A DNA stretch of 61,708 bases from Candidatus Pacearchaeota archaeon (GTDB taxonomy: Archaea > Nanobdellota > Nanobdellia > Pacearchaeales > GW2011-AR1): contig JACPLR010000009.1 of the NCBI GenBank assembly GCA_016186425.1, forward strand, positions 1 to 61,708, given 5' to 3'. Each line of letters starts with the position of its first letter. Position 1 is the stretch's first letter. The notes beneath the pieces were generated by a model. The model ran no database searches. It worked only from the letters and a program-made list of their open reading frames with translations, and was not told where the DNA came from. The position numbers were made by a program, and so were the translations under genes. Below, piece by piece: positions 44,921 through 53,894 of the stretch.

Positions 44921-45954
44921 GTTTTAAATGGTAACTTAAGATCTTTATATAAATCTTGCGACATATAATTAGGAACTTCCTTAAGATAAATTGTTTTATT
45001 GTTATAAGCACGATTATAAAACCTAATGATATGTTTGTGATTTGAACTTCCAACAATTTTAAAATATTTCACTACATTTTCCCATTTATTTGTACCAACT
45101 TCTTTTCCAGTAAAATAAGTAAAAATACCTATATCTTTCCCAATTTTATAAACTTGATCAAGTAAAATAGGGTTATGGGAATAAAATTGAACACAAAATT
45201 GACTTCCTCCTCTTCCTCTTCTTGAAACAGATCCGTCAGTATCAACAAGTCCCCTTAAACAAGCAATAGCTAGTTTTTGATTATCAAAAATAATTTGTGG
45301 GATACAAGACTTATTTCTTATTTTATTGCCATATTTCAAACCAAATTCTTTATTTAAAAAAGAACATAATTTATTCGAATAAACGGTTAGGTAAGAGGTA
45401 TTATGAATTTTATTTTTCTTAATTGAAGATGAAATCCCAAATAATTCTTCAACTAATTTGTTTATATAAATAAAATAATTTAGATCGTAACGATAATCTC
45501 CAGAAATCCTCACAAAGTATTTTGTCATCGTTCCATCTCCTAAATAAGTTCCTATGAACTCTGCTAATTTTTCATTAACTTCCGGCAATAAGATCTCTTT
45601 TGAATTTGAATAGGAAGAATGTTTAATTGCTTGTCTTCTCCATTCCTTAATCTTGTCTGGATATTTTCTTTCCAAAGACTTAATCCCTTTTTTTCCACCA
45701 ATTGAAGCACCCCAATTAGCTGACAAATAGGTAACTTCAAGAGATTCTTTATCGATTAATAAATATTCTATGAGATAATTAAATAAACTTTCTGGAATTA
45801 AAAATTTTTCTTGAGCATATTCCTTAATTGTTGAATATGGAATTTTTAGGCTAATGCTTAATTTTCTAAGAGAACCTATTCTAGAAGCTACATTAAACAA
45901 CAATTCTCTTTGCTTACCTTTATTTAACTTAACTCTTCTTTCATGTTTATTCAT
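44911..45954 (-). CDS. Free-standing LAGLIDADG homing-endonuclease-like protein with an N-terminal HTH region
   Basis: LAGLIDADG motifs are LAEFIGTYLGDGT and IACLRGLVDTDGS. The N-terminal HTH is LRKLSISLKIPYSTIKEYAQ. The last 10 nt overlap the 5' end of tRNA-Val. Confidence 0.75.
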   Translation of the reverse strand: MNKHERRVKLNKGKQRELLFNVASRIGSLRKLSISLKIPYSTIKEYAQEKFLIPESLFNYLIEYLLIDKESLEVTYLSANWGASIGGKKGIKSLERKYPDKIKEWRRQAIKHSSYSNSKEILLPEVNEKLAEFIGTYLGDGTMTKYFVRISGDYRYDLNYFIYINKLVEELFGISSSIKKNKIHNTSYLTVYSNKLCSFLNKEFGLKYGNKIRNKSCIPQIIFDNQKLAIACLRGLVDTDGSVSRRGRGGSQFCVQFYSHNPILLDQVYKIGKDIGIFTYFTGKEVGTNKWENVVKYFKIVGSSNHKHIIRFYNRAYNNKTIYLKEVPNYMSQDLYKDLKLPFKTAL

Positions 45955-46097
45955 TTTTCATATTACAAAAAGAACTAACCTATTTTATATACTAAACTTA
46001 GAGTATCAGTCTTTAAATACTTTTTCGTTATTTAATTTTAAAATAAGAGCAACGTTTAAAAAGCCTTTTGATAATTAATCTTTATAATAAATAATCG

Positions 46098-46133
46098 CCT
46101 CTGGTTGCGGGATTCATAAAAACCCGCTGGAGG
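46098..46133 (+). promoter_or_regulatory. 5'-leader hairpin that includes the SD of rpl44e
   Basis: In cctctggttgcgggattcataaaaacccgctggagg, GCGGG pairs with CCCGC and CCTC with GAGG. An alternative fold is AAAAACC-cgctgga-GGTTTTT. The GGAGG at 46129-46133 is 9 nt from the GTG start. Confidence 0.3.
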
Positions 46134-46142
46134 TTTTTATCT

Positions 46143-46454
46143 GTGAAAAAACCAAAATCAACAAAAAGGTATTGCCCATTTTGCAATAAGAGAACAGACC
46201 ATAAGATAAAATTATTATCTACAGGAATTAAGAGGGGAACTCTTAAGAAAGGCGGAATAGATAGAGCTAAATTAAGAGGTAGGGGAAGAGGTTATGGTAA
46301 TAAAGGAAGATGGGGAAGCAAGCCAGCAGTTACAAAATGGAAAAGAAAAACAAAAAACACAAAAAAAGCTGTGTTTATTTATACTTGCCAAACATGCAAG
46401 AAATCACATCAATCTAAAAAAGGAATGCGAATAAGCAAAGTAATGTTAGAATGA
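46143..46454 (+). CDS. rpl44e: 50S ribosomal protein L44e (eL42), GTG start
   Basis: KRYCPFCNKRTDHKIKLL ... YTCQTCKKSH is the zinc-ribbon pattern of L44e. Confidence 0.85.
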   Translation: MKKPKSTKRYCPFCNKRTDHKIKLLSTGIKRGTLKKGGIDRAKLRGRGRGYGNKGRWGSKPAVTKWKRKTKNTKKAVFIYTCQTCKKSHQSKKGMRISKVMLE

Positions 46455-46527
46455 ACCTTTAAAAAGACAAGCAAAAAACCTTAAGGTTTTAAAGGTTCCC
46501 AAAACTAAAAAATATAATAAAAATAAA

Positions 46528-47097
46528 ATGGCTGTTGAAAAGAAAAAATTTTTACAAGTGCAGATACCTGCAATAAGCAGAGAAATAGAACTAATTGGAA
46601 CAGGAATTGAAACATTTAACAACAGGCATATTAAACTTGATTTAACTCCGGAATTAAGAGGAAAAAGTCTAGAGTTAAAACTTGTAATTAAATTAAAAGA
46701 CAGAAAACCAATTGCCGAGCCAAAAGAAATATATCTTATGGGATACTACATAAGGAGAATGATGAGGAAAGGAACTGATTATGTTGAAGATTCATTTCTT
46801 ATTCAATGTAGCAATCACAGAATAAGAATAAAACCTTTCTTGATAACGAGAAAAAGAGTTTCAAGAACAATTAGAAATGCCCTAAGAGTTGCTGCAAAAG
46901 AATTCTTAATAGAGTATGTAAAAGAAAAAACTTTCGAAAACTTGATTTTAGATGTTATTAACAATAAAATGCAAAAAGAATTAAATATTAAGCTAAAAAA
47001 AGTCTATCCATTAGGCCTATGCGAAATAAGATTCCTTGGAATAGAAGATCAAAAAGGGTATGTTGAAGAAAAAGAATCTAAAAAAGAAAGTGAATAA
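46528..47097 (+). CDS. rps3ae: 30S ribosomal protein S3Ae (eS1)
   Basis: FLQVQIPAIS...LRGKSLELKL...YYIRRMMRKGTDYVEDSF...IKPFLITRKR. Confidence 0.85.
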   Translation: MAVEKKKFLQVQIPAISREIELIGTGIETFNNRHIKLDLTPELRGKSLELKLVIKLKDRKPIAEPKEIYLMGYYIRRMMRKGTDYVEDSFLIQCSNHRIRIKPFLITRKRVSRTIRNALRVAAKEFLIEYVKEKTFENLILDVINNKMQKELNIKLKKVYPLGLCEIRFLGIEDQKGYVEEKESKKESE

Positions 47098-47098
47098 A

Positions 47099-47593
47099 AT
47101 GACTATCCAAAAAACACTTGTTCTAATAAAACCGGATGGAATACAAAGGGGACTGATTGGAGAAATAATAAAGAGATTTGAACAGAGAGGAATAAAGATT
47201 GTTGCAATGAAAATGGTTCATGTTGATAAAAAATTTGCTTCTAAGCATTACAAACAATCAATCGCAGACAAGCACGGAGAGCATGTCAGGAATTATTTAT
47301 TAGATTATCTTACAGCAACGCCAATTGTTGCAATAGTTTTGCAGGGATCAAATGTAATACTCCATGTTAGAAAAATAGTGGGAAATACCTACCCAGGAGA
47401 AGCAGATATAGGAACAATAAGAGGAGATTTTGCTCACGCAAGCAAAGCTTATGCAAAATCTGCAAAAAAAGCTCTTCCAAATTTAATCCATGCATCTGAA
47501 AATGAAGAAGACGCAAAAGAAGAGATAGCCTTATGGTTCTCAAAAGATGAAATACATAATTACAAGCTAAGTCACGAAGACCACATTTATTAA
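47099..47593 (+). CDS. ndk: Nucleoside diphosphate kinase
   Basis: TLVLIKPDGIQRGLIGEIIKRFEQRGIKIVAMK ... NLIHASE. The ATG at 47099 is preferred over the 47060 start in the ORF track. Confidence 0.9.
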   Translation: MTIQKTLVLIKPDGIQRGLIGEIIKRFEQRGIKIVAMKMVHVDKKFASKHYKQSIADKHGEHVRNYLLDYLTATPIVAIVLQGSNVILHVRKIVGNTYPGEADIGTIRGDFAHASKAYAKSAKKALPNLIHASENEEDAKEEIALWFSKDEIHNYKLSHEDHIY

Positions 47594-47751
47594 TTATTAA
47601 ATTCTGCACAAAACCTTTTAAAAGTAATAGGAAAATATAAAATTAAGATTTCAAGCTAATAAACCATGAAAAATTATTGTAATATTCTCAAAAATGAGAA
47701 TAAATTATAATAAGTAAATCTTTAAAAAAGCTCATTCTTTACAAATATCAA

Positions 47752-47876
47752 GCCTCTGTAGCTCAATGGTAGAGCAAAGAATTTTAGTATAAGACTAAAC
47801 TCGCTTAGCTGCCTTGTAGCTAAATAATTGCTTGTAAGAAAGCAGTAGGTTGAGAGTTCAATCCTCTCCGGAGGCT
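47752..47876 (+). tRNA. tRNA-Thr (anticodon TGT) with two introns: 31 nt between the D and anticodon stems, and 22 nt at the canonical 37/38 site
   Basis: GCCTCTG-TA-GCTC-AATGGTA-GAGC-A[aagaattttagtataagactaaactcgctta]GCTGC-CTTGTA[gctaaataattgcttgtaagaa]A-GCAGT-AGGTT-GAGAG-TTCAATC-CTCTC-CGGAGGC-T. 72+31+22=125 nt. Confidence 0.8.
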
Positions 47877-47925
47877 TTTTTTATTTATAAAAATAAAATA
47901 TAAATCAAGAGAATTTTTCTAAAAA

Positions 47926-48130
47926 AACGAGTTAAAATCACTTCATTAATGGTAAAAAGGTTTAATTTAAACAAATATAGATTATTTTAAATTTCTTCTA
48001 TTAAAAGGAGATGTCATAAGAAGAACCTTGGTTCTTTTTATTATTTAGGATTGTAATGATTCAAGATTTTGAAAATACTGTAATATTTCTCCATGATTTA
48101 TCAGCTAGAACTAGTAGTTTTACCTAATCC
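47926..48130 (+). repeat. Family-A intergenic repeat with a family-B unit inserted in hairpin 1
   Basis: aaacgagttaaaatc...attattttaaatttcttcta[B]ttatttaggattgtaatgattcaagattttgaaaatactgtaatatttctccatgatttatcagctagaactag. Confidence 0.6.
48003..48045 (+). repeat. Family-B hairpin repeat
   Basis: aaaaggagatgtcataagaagaaccttggttctttttat. Confidence 0.6.
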
Positions 48131-48157
48131 ATTATAAGTTATATACTATAAATTATC

Positions 48158-48520
48158 CTATCTAACTCTATATTCTCTTATCTCATAATGTTCTGGAACA
48201 TTTACCCAATTTCCATTGCGATCTTGCACATAACTTTCAGGCACAAGAACCCTTTCATTTCGGTAAACCTGTCTTTGTCTTGAACTTCTTCTCTCAACTC
48301 CAGATCCAAGCAAGCCTCCAAAAATGCCTCCAATCACAGCTCCTTCTCCAGACTGTCCATGACGCTGATTTCCTATAATAGCTCCCGCTCCCGCGCCCAA
48401 AAGACCTCCTTCAAGTGCATAGCTGTTATCAAAAGTCTCGCAACCACTAGAAAGCAACGGAACTAAAGAAATTCCAGCAACACCAATCAAACTAGCCAAC
48501 CCTTTTTTTGATATTTTCAT
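48158..48520 (-). CDS. Putative lipoprotein with a glycine-zipper domain
   Basis: Signal plus lipobox-like LVPLLSSGC. The Gly-zipper is GGLLGAGAGAIIG...GAVIGGIFGGLLGSG. Confidence 0.55.
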   Translation of the reverse strand: MKISKKGLASLIGVAGISLVPLLSSGCETFDNSYALEGGLLGAGAGAIIGNQRHGQSGEGAVIGGIFGGLLGSGVERRSSRQRQVYRNERVLVPESYVQDRNGNWVNVPEHYEIREYRVR

Positions 48521-48609
48521 AAATAAACAATGGTAAGGAATTATATAAACCTTATGACATTGCAGAATTAATAAAAATAATCCTGCTAAACTTAATTAAT
48601 AAACCTGAA

Positions 48610-48725
48610 AATCATACCAAATTTTCCTAAATGAAAAATTTTCATTATAGTGATTCAAAAAGGTTATTCTTGAATCTAGACTATATCTTTAAATAATTTA
48701 CTTGCTAAAATTACTAATTTTAATT
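48610..48725 (+). repeat. Family-A intergenic repeat
   Basis: Hairpin aaattttc-ctaaat-gaaaaatttt at 48619-48641 is followed by cattatagtgattcaaaaaggttattcttgaatctagactatatcttt. Confidence 0.6.
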
Positions 48726-48752
48726 AGAATCTACTATTTATTTTTTATCTAT

Positions 48753-49343
48753 TTATTCCTCCAGCACAACTTCTGCTTTCTTATCAGAAATCAAAATATC
48801 CGCAACCTGCTTTGGCAGGTTAACAATCTCATCTTTTTTAAATGGCCCTAAAGCCTCGCCATTTAAGCCAACAAGCTCATCAATATCTTCCAAGAATAAA
48901 ATGAGTTTAAGCTCTTTATCTAAATCTGAATTTCCATTATCATAAGAATTGTTGTTTATTTCAACAGCTAATTTTTTCTCGGCATCCTGAACACTTTCTA
49001 TAAGCTTGTCAAACATCTCTTTCTCAAATTCAAGCATATTTTCAAAATCGCGCTTGCTTATGCCTGTCTCGCTGGCAACAAAAACTAGTCCTAAAAGTTT
49101 CTTTTTCCGCAGCAACATCAGCTCATTAAATATAGCAGTAGCATTCTCAAGCTGTTTTTTTACTTTAGCAATCTCGTCGGAGAATAAATTTAAACTTCCA
49201 TAATCTCCTGTTTGATTAGCTGTTATCTTTTTCTCTTTTATATAATCAGAAAATTCTTGTATAAATTTCTTTGGCAGAGGTTGTAGTTGCTCGCTATACC
49301 TCTCTTTTCTTAGCGCCTCATAAATGTCATTATAGGTAATCAT
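48753..49343 (-). CDS. GINS complex subunit (Gins51-like)
   Basis: N-terminus YEALRKERYSEQLQPLPKKFIQEFSDYI. C-terminal B-domain ILFLEDIDELVGLNGEALGPFKKDEIVNLPKQVADILISDKKAEVV. Confidence 0.7.
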   Translation of the reverse strand: MITYNDIYEALRKERYSEQLQPLPKKFIQEFSDYIKEKKITANQTGDYGSLNLFSDEIAKVKKQLENATAIFNELMLLRKKKLLGLVFVASETGISKRDFENMLEFEKEMFDKLIESVQDAEKKLAVEINNNSYDNGNSDLDKELKLILFLEDIDELVGLNGEALGPFKKDEIVNLPKQVADILISDKKAEVVLEE

Positions 49344-49439
49344 CTCACCAAGTAGAAAAAGGCCTGATTTAAATGGATTATGGTTCTAGGAAACAACCAT
49401 AATTAAGGATGAATGAATATCAATAGTTCAAGCTAAAAA

Positions 49440-49545
49440 ATAAGGCAAAATCATTATAGTATCTTCAGAATATTTTCTAAACACACCATATCTCCTCCTG
49501 ATTTATTATACTCAAGTTACTAAAATTTAATTACCATAGCTATAT
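49440..49545 (+). repeat. Family-A intergenic repeat, degenerate copy
   Basis: aaatcattatagtatcttcagaatattttctaaacacaccatatctcctcctgatttatt aligns to hairpin 2 and the tail of the other copies. Confidence 0.35.
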
Positions 49546-49605
49546 CTCTTTATTATTCTCTTTAAAAATCGTCAGATTTATAACCCCTTTAACTTTAATT
49601 AAATT

Positions 49606-50787
49606 ATGTTCAATTTATTTAAAGAAAAACTCAAAAATTTGATTGGAATAGGCAAGAAAGAGCCAGAAATTGAAGAAAAGAAGAAAGAGAAAAAATCAGA
49701 AGTAAAAAAGATAGTTAAGGAAATAAAAAAATCTGCAGAATCCAAGAAAAAATCAATAGAAAAGGAAATTGTCAAAGAAGAATTGCATGAAAAAATTGAA
49801 GATTTGGAAGAAAAAATTGAAGAAAAGGAAATTCAAAAAACAGAAGCTAAAGAAGAGAAGATAAAAGAAGAGTCAATAGAAACAGAAGAACCAGAAGAAA
49901 AACAAGGATTTTTCTCAAGATTAATAAAACTGCCCACAAAATTAAATACTGTTCGTTTAGATCAGGAAACTTTCAATGAATTTTTTGAAAAACTGGAGGC
50001 AATTCTACTTGAGAATAATGTCGCATTAAGTGTAGTTGATAAAATAAGGGAAGATATGGAAAAAAGACTTGTGAATATCGAAATTAAAAAAGATAGATTA
50101 GAGCAGGAAATAAAAAATACATTAAAAGAATCAATACTCGAGATTCTTATACCTCCTTTTGATCTTATAGAAATAGTAAAAAAGAAAGAAGGAGCATTTG
50201 TTATTGTTTTCTTTGGTATTAATGGAAGCGGAAAAACAACAACAATTGCAAAACTTGCTAGTTTACTTCAGAAAAACAAAATTTCATGTGTTTTTGCAGC
50301 AGCAGATACATTCAGGGCAGCTTCAATAGAACAGCTGGAAAAGCACGGTAATAATCTTAATATCAAAGTAATAAAACAAAACTATGGGGCAGATCCTGCA
50401 GCTGTTGCATTTGATGCCATTCAATATGCAAATGCTCACAGTATAAAAGCTGTTTTAATTGACACAGCAGGAAGAATGCATACAAAATCAGATTTATTAA
50501 AAGAAATGGAAAAAATAATCCGTGTGGCAAAGCCAGATCTAAAAGTTTTTGTGGCTGAGTCAATTACTGGAAATGATGCAGTTGAGCAGGCAAAAAATTT
50601 CAATGATTCTGCAGGCATTGATGGAGTTATCCTGACGAAAGCAGATGTTGATGAGAAAGGCGGAACAGCAATTTCAATTGGCCATGTAACAAACAAGCCA
50701 ATCTTATTTCTAGGAACTGGCCAGAATTACAATGACTTGCAAAAATTCGATCCTAATGAAGTTATTGTTAATCTAGGTTTGGATTAA
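49606..50787 (+). CDS. ftsY: Signal recognition particle receptor FtsY
   Basis: Lys/Glu-rich A domain, then an NG domain with GINGSGKTTTIAKLA, DTAGR and TKADVDEKGG. Confidence 0.9.
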   Translation: MFNLFKEKLKNLIGIGKKEPEIEEKKKEKKSEVKKIVKEIKKSAESKKKSIEKEIVKEELHEKIEDLEEKIEEKEIQKTEAKEEKIKEESIETEEPEEKQGFFSRLIKLPTKLNTVRLDQETFNEFFEKLEAILLENNVALSVVDKIREDMEKRLVNIEIKKDRLEQEIKNTLKESILEILIPPFDLIEIVKKKEGAFVIVFFGINGSGKTTTIAKLASLLQKNKISCVFAAADTFRAASIEQLEKHGNNLNIKVIKQNYGADPAAVAFDAIQYANAHSIKAVLIDTAGRMHTKSDLLKEMEKIIRVAKPDLKVFVAESITGNDAVEQAKNFNDSAGIDGVILTKADVDEKGGTAISIGHVTNKPILFLGTGQNYNDLQKFDPNEVIVNLGLD

Positions 50788-50855
50788 TTCTCCATAAAAA
50801 TTAATTAAAGTTGTGCAACCACAACTTTATTAACCTGTATTTTGCTTGATTTTAT

Positions 50856-52232
50856 ATGTTACAGGGACTAGGAAATGTATTAAAAAAAAGCATTGAAAAA
50901 ATAAGTTCTGCGATTTTTGTAGATAAAACTCTTGTTGAAAGCATTATAAAAGACTTGCAAAGAGCCTTGATTATGGCTGATGTAAATATTCAGTTAGTAA
51001 AAGAGTTAAGCGAAAAAATAAGAAAAGAAGGGGAAAAATATGTAAAAAATGTTGAGAAAAAAGAGCATTTAATTAAATTATTGCATGATGAAATTCAAAA
51101 TATTATCGGAAATGAAAAAAAAGAATTAATTCTAGGAAAAAAAGACACTATTTTATTTGTTGGTTTATATGGGGTGGGAAAATCGACAACAATCGCAAAA
51201 ATTGCAGCATGGTATAAAAAACGTGGGAAAAATGTTGCGCTTCTTGGTTTAGATGTTCACCGTCCAGCAGCTAGCGAACAATTAGAGCAACTCGGAAAAA
51301 AAGTGGACGTTGCTGTTTTCATTGATAAAGATGAGAAAAAAGCTATAAAAATTTATGAAAAATATAAAAAACAACTTGAAAAATACGACCTTGTTCTTAT
51401 TGACTCTGCAGGCAGAGATGCTTTAGAAGAATCTTTAATCAAAGAAATAAAAGATATTAGCTCAAAAATAAATCCTACCCACACAATTTTAGTTATTGCA
51501 GCAGATATTGGGCAGGCTGCAAGAAATCAAGCACAGGCATTCAAAGAAGCGTGCAATGTTGATGGAGTTATAATAACCCGTATGGACAGCTCAGCAAAAG
51601 CAGGTGGGGCTTTAACAGCATGCAATGAAGCTAATGCTCCTGTTTATTTTATAGGAACTGGTGAAAAAATTCAAGATATAGAGCCCTTCAATCCACAAAC
51701 TTTTGTTTCAAGATTGTTGGGCATGGGAGATTTAGAAAGCTTGATTGAAAAAGTTAAATCAGCAACAGATGAAAAAAAGCAGAAAGAAACACTAAAAAGA
51801 TTGGAAGAAGGCAAGTTCACATTGGCAGATTTCTATGATCAAATAAACTCTATGCAATCTATGGGACCGCTAAGCAAGATTACAGAATTAATTCCTGGAT
51901 TTGGGAAAGCAAAAATTCCAGAAGAGCTTTTAGATACTCAAGGAGAAAAACTAAAGCACTGGAAGCATGCAATTAATTCAATGACAAAAGAGGAAATTGA
52001 ATCTCCAGAGCTGCTGGAAAAACAAACTTCAAGAATATCAAGAATTGCTAAAGGCTCTGGAACATCAACAAATGAAATTCGTCAGTTAATCAAGCAATAC
52101 AAGTTAATAAAAGAAATGGCTTCAGGAGCAGGTTCTCTTGGAGATATCAGCGATCCTTCTCAATTAAGCCAAAAGCAAATGATGAAGCTTGCCAAGAAGT
52201 TCGGAAAAAAGAAATTGATGAAGTTTAAATAA
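50856..52232 (+). CDS. srp54: Signal recognition particle protein SRP54
   Basis: GLYGVGKSTTIAKIA, DSAGR and TRMDSSAKAGGAL. The M domain has LLGMGDL and a Met-rich C-terminus. Confidence 0.9.
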   Translation: MLQGLGNVLKKSIEKISSAIFVDKTLVESIIKDLQRALIMADVNIQLVKELSEKIRKEGEKYVKNVEKKEHLIKLLHDEIQNIIGNEKKELILGKKDTILFVGLYGVGKSTTIAKIAAWYKKRGKNVALLGLDVHRPAASEQLEQLGKKVDVAVFIDKDEKKAIKIYEKYKKQLEKYDLVLIDSAGRDALEESLIKEIKDISSKINPTHTILVIAADIGQAARNQAQAFKEACNVDGVIITRMDSSAKAGGALTACNEANAPVYFIGTGEKIQDIEPFNPQTFVSRLLGMGDLESLIEKVKSATDEKKQKETLKRLEEGKFTLADFYDQINSMQSMGPLSKITELIPGFGKAKIPEELLDTQGEKLKHWKHAINSMTKEEIESPELLEKQTSRISRIAKGSGTSTNEIRQLIKQYKLIKEMASGAGSLGDISDPSQLSQKQMMKLAKKFGKKKLMKFK

Positions 52233-52464
52233 ACAAAGGAAAAGTATATGGAAATTAAAAAATCATTTATCAAAGATAATAAAAATAAATTGCAAGATTT
52301 AAGCAATTTATTTAGAAAAGGGATGAAAGAGAGAAATATAAGTTTTGAAGAGCTGCTTAAAAGATCAAGAAAGATAAGAAAGAAAATAGTTAATGAATGA
52401 GTCGCAAAACAAAAACAGGCTTGATATAAATAAGCTAATTGAAAAAATAGAAAAAGAAGAAAAA

Positions 52465-53123
52465 TTAAAATAATGGTTGCATTTCTTTAAGAAGACTCAC
52501 CTTAAATTTTTTTAGTTCCCTTATATTTCCCGAGTCCTGAAAAAAATAAGAATATTCTTTGCTGCTTTCTTTTATTATCTGCCTTATTAATCCTAAATCA
52601 ACCCCATATTCTTTAGAAAGTTTAAATAATAAATTTTTATCAAATTTTACTTTTTGTAATAAAGACAAAATATCTATCCTGTCCTTAAACCCTTTTATTG
52701 TTTCGTGTCTTTGAATTTCAGCATTTAATTTTAAGATTAAAAGAACTTCTGGAAGAACTACACCAAAACCATTAATCTCTTTGAACATTTTTTTATTAAA
52801 AACGTCCTTACAAGATATTATTAAATTGCAATGGTCTGGAGTATAAATATCAATATCTACTTCTTCTGTTTTAACTTCATATTTATTTATTCATATTTAT
52901 TTAATTTTCGATTTAAATTTATAGATATGCCTTTACTAACAAAGAAATTTTGAAGTTTGAAAAAATCACTAAAATTAATATAGATATCAATATCTTTTGA
53001 CTTGGCTGTTTGAGAGTACAGCCAATTAGCCCATCCACCTATCAGTACAAACTTTGAAGTTTTTTTTAATTCTAATAATAAATTATAGCTTTTCTCTGTT
53101 ACAATTTCATTCCATAATTCCAT
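52465..53123 (-). pseudogene. Nucleotidyltransferase (AbiEii/minimal NTase-like) split into two ORFs by a 14-bp tandem duplication
   Basis: ORFs 52887-53123 (LIGGWANWLYSQTAKSKDIDIYI) and 52465-52788 become one 214-codon frame if one copy of ttcatatttattta is deleted. Confidence 0.6.
52876..52903. repeat. Perfect 14-bp tandem duplication (ttcatatttattta x2)
   Basis: 52876-52889 is identical to 52890-52903 by direct reading. Confidence 0.9.
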
Positions 53124-53125
53124 TT

Positions 53126-53740
53126 TTATTCAAGCGATATTTTAAATATCGGATAATTTTCCAATATATCATTTATAAAATATTTATTCTCAAATCCAGC
53201 TAAACTATAAATATCAACAAAAACTTGTGGTATGGGAACTACCTTTTTTTTGCTAGCTTCTATTAAATGTCTATCATCTGTAAACATAACAAAAAGATTC
53301 TCATGGCCTTTTTTCACAGGCTTATCTCTCAACCATAAAGCGAATAGTTTCTTTTCACTCTCTGGAACATAAATATAAATTTGATTATACTCAAAAGGCA
53401 CGCTTTTTCTTAAAAATCGCCATGCAGAAAATGCTGTAAGAATAAATGGAAGTGATTTCTCAATTTCTATTATTTTCATATCAAGATAATATTTTTGGGT
53501 TATATCCTTATGAACATTTCTTTTAGCTGCCCAATAAAAAAGTATTTTAGAAACATCTATAACTCGGAACTGCATGGGAAATATTTCAACAGCCCCAATT
53601 TCAACAAGATTTTTCAGAACTTTGTTTACTAAAGAAATAGATACATAACATTTCTTTGATAGCTCTAACTGGGTAAATCTCTCTGTTTTATTTAAAACTC
53701 CAATCAATATTTCTCTATATATTCTTTCGTGCTTCTTCAT
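53126..53740 (-). CDS. wHTH-domain protein, AbiEi-like putative antitoxin/regulator
   Basis: N-terminal wHTH FTQLELSKKCYVSISLVNKVLKNLVEIGAVE. It ends 2 nt upstream of the NTase pseudogene on the same strand. Confidence 0.45.
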   Translation of the reverse strand: MKKHERIYREILIGVLNKTERFTQLELSKKCYVSISLVNKVLKNLVEIGAVEIFPMQFRVIDVSKILFYWAAKRNVHKDITQKYYLDMKIIEIEKSLPFILTAFSAWRFLRKSVPFEYNQIYIYVPESEKKLFALWLRDKPVKKGHENLFVMFTDDRHLIEASKKKVVPIPQVFVDIYSLAGFENKYFINDILENYPIFKISLE

Positions 53741-53894
53741 TTGTTCTTCCCTTTTACAATTAAGCCTCTCTTATTTATAAAGCTTTCGCTTTTTTATGAA
53801 AGTTATATAAATAGATATTAAGAAGAATGTGAGTTTTCTATGAAAAAATAAACTAAGAAAGAATAATAATTAAATTAAAAACAATAAATAATAG

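Noticed and set aside
47778-47790. Reading tRNA 47752-47876 with a single canonical intron, which would give anticodon UUA (an ochre suppressor).
   Set aside because: No complementary 3' strand (TTCTT) exists for the implied anticodon stem AAGAA. The two-intron parse gives a perfect cloverleaf with anticodon UGU (Thr).
52248-52400. 50-aa ORF (MEIKKSFIKDNKNKLQDLSNLFRKGMKERNISFEELLKRSRKIRKKIVNE) just downstream of srp54, and a 40-aa ORF at 32097-32219.
   Set aside because: There is no recognisable motif, the composition is Lys-rich low complexity, and no coupled partner was seen. The evidence is insufficient to call genes.
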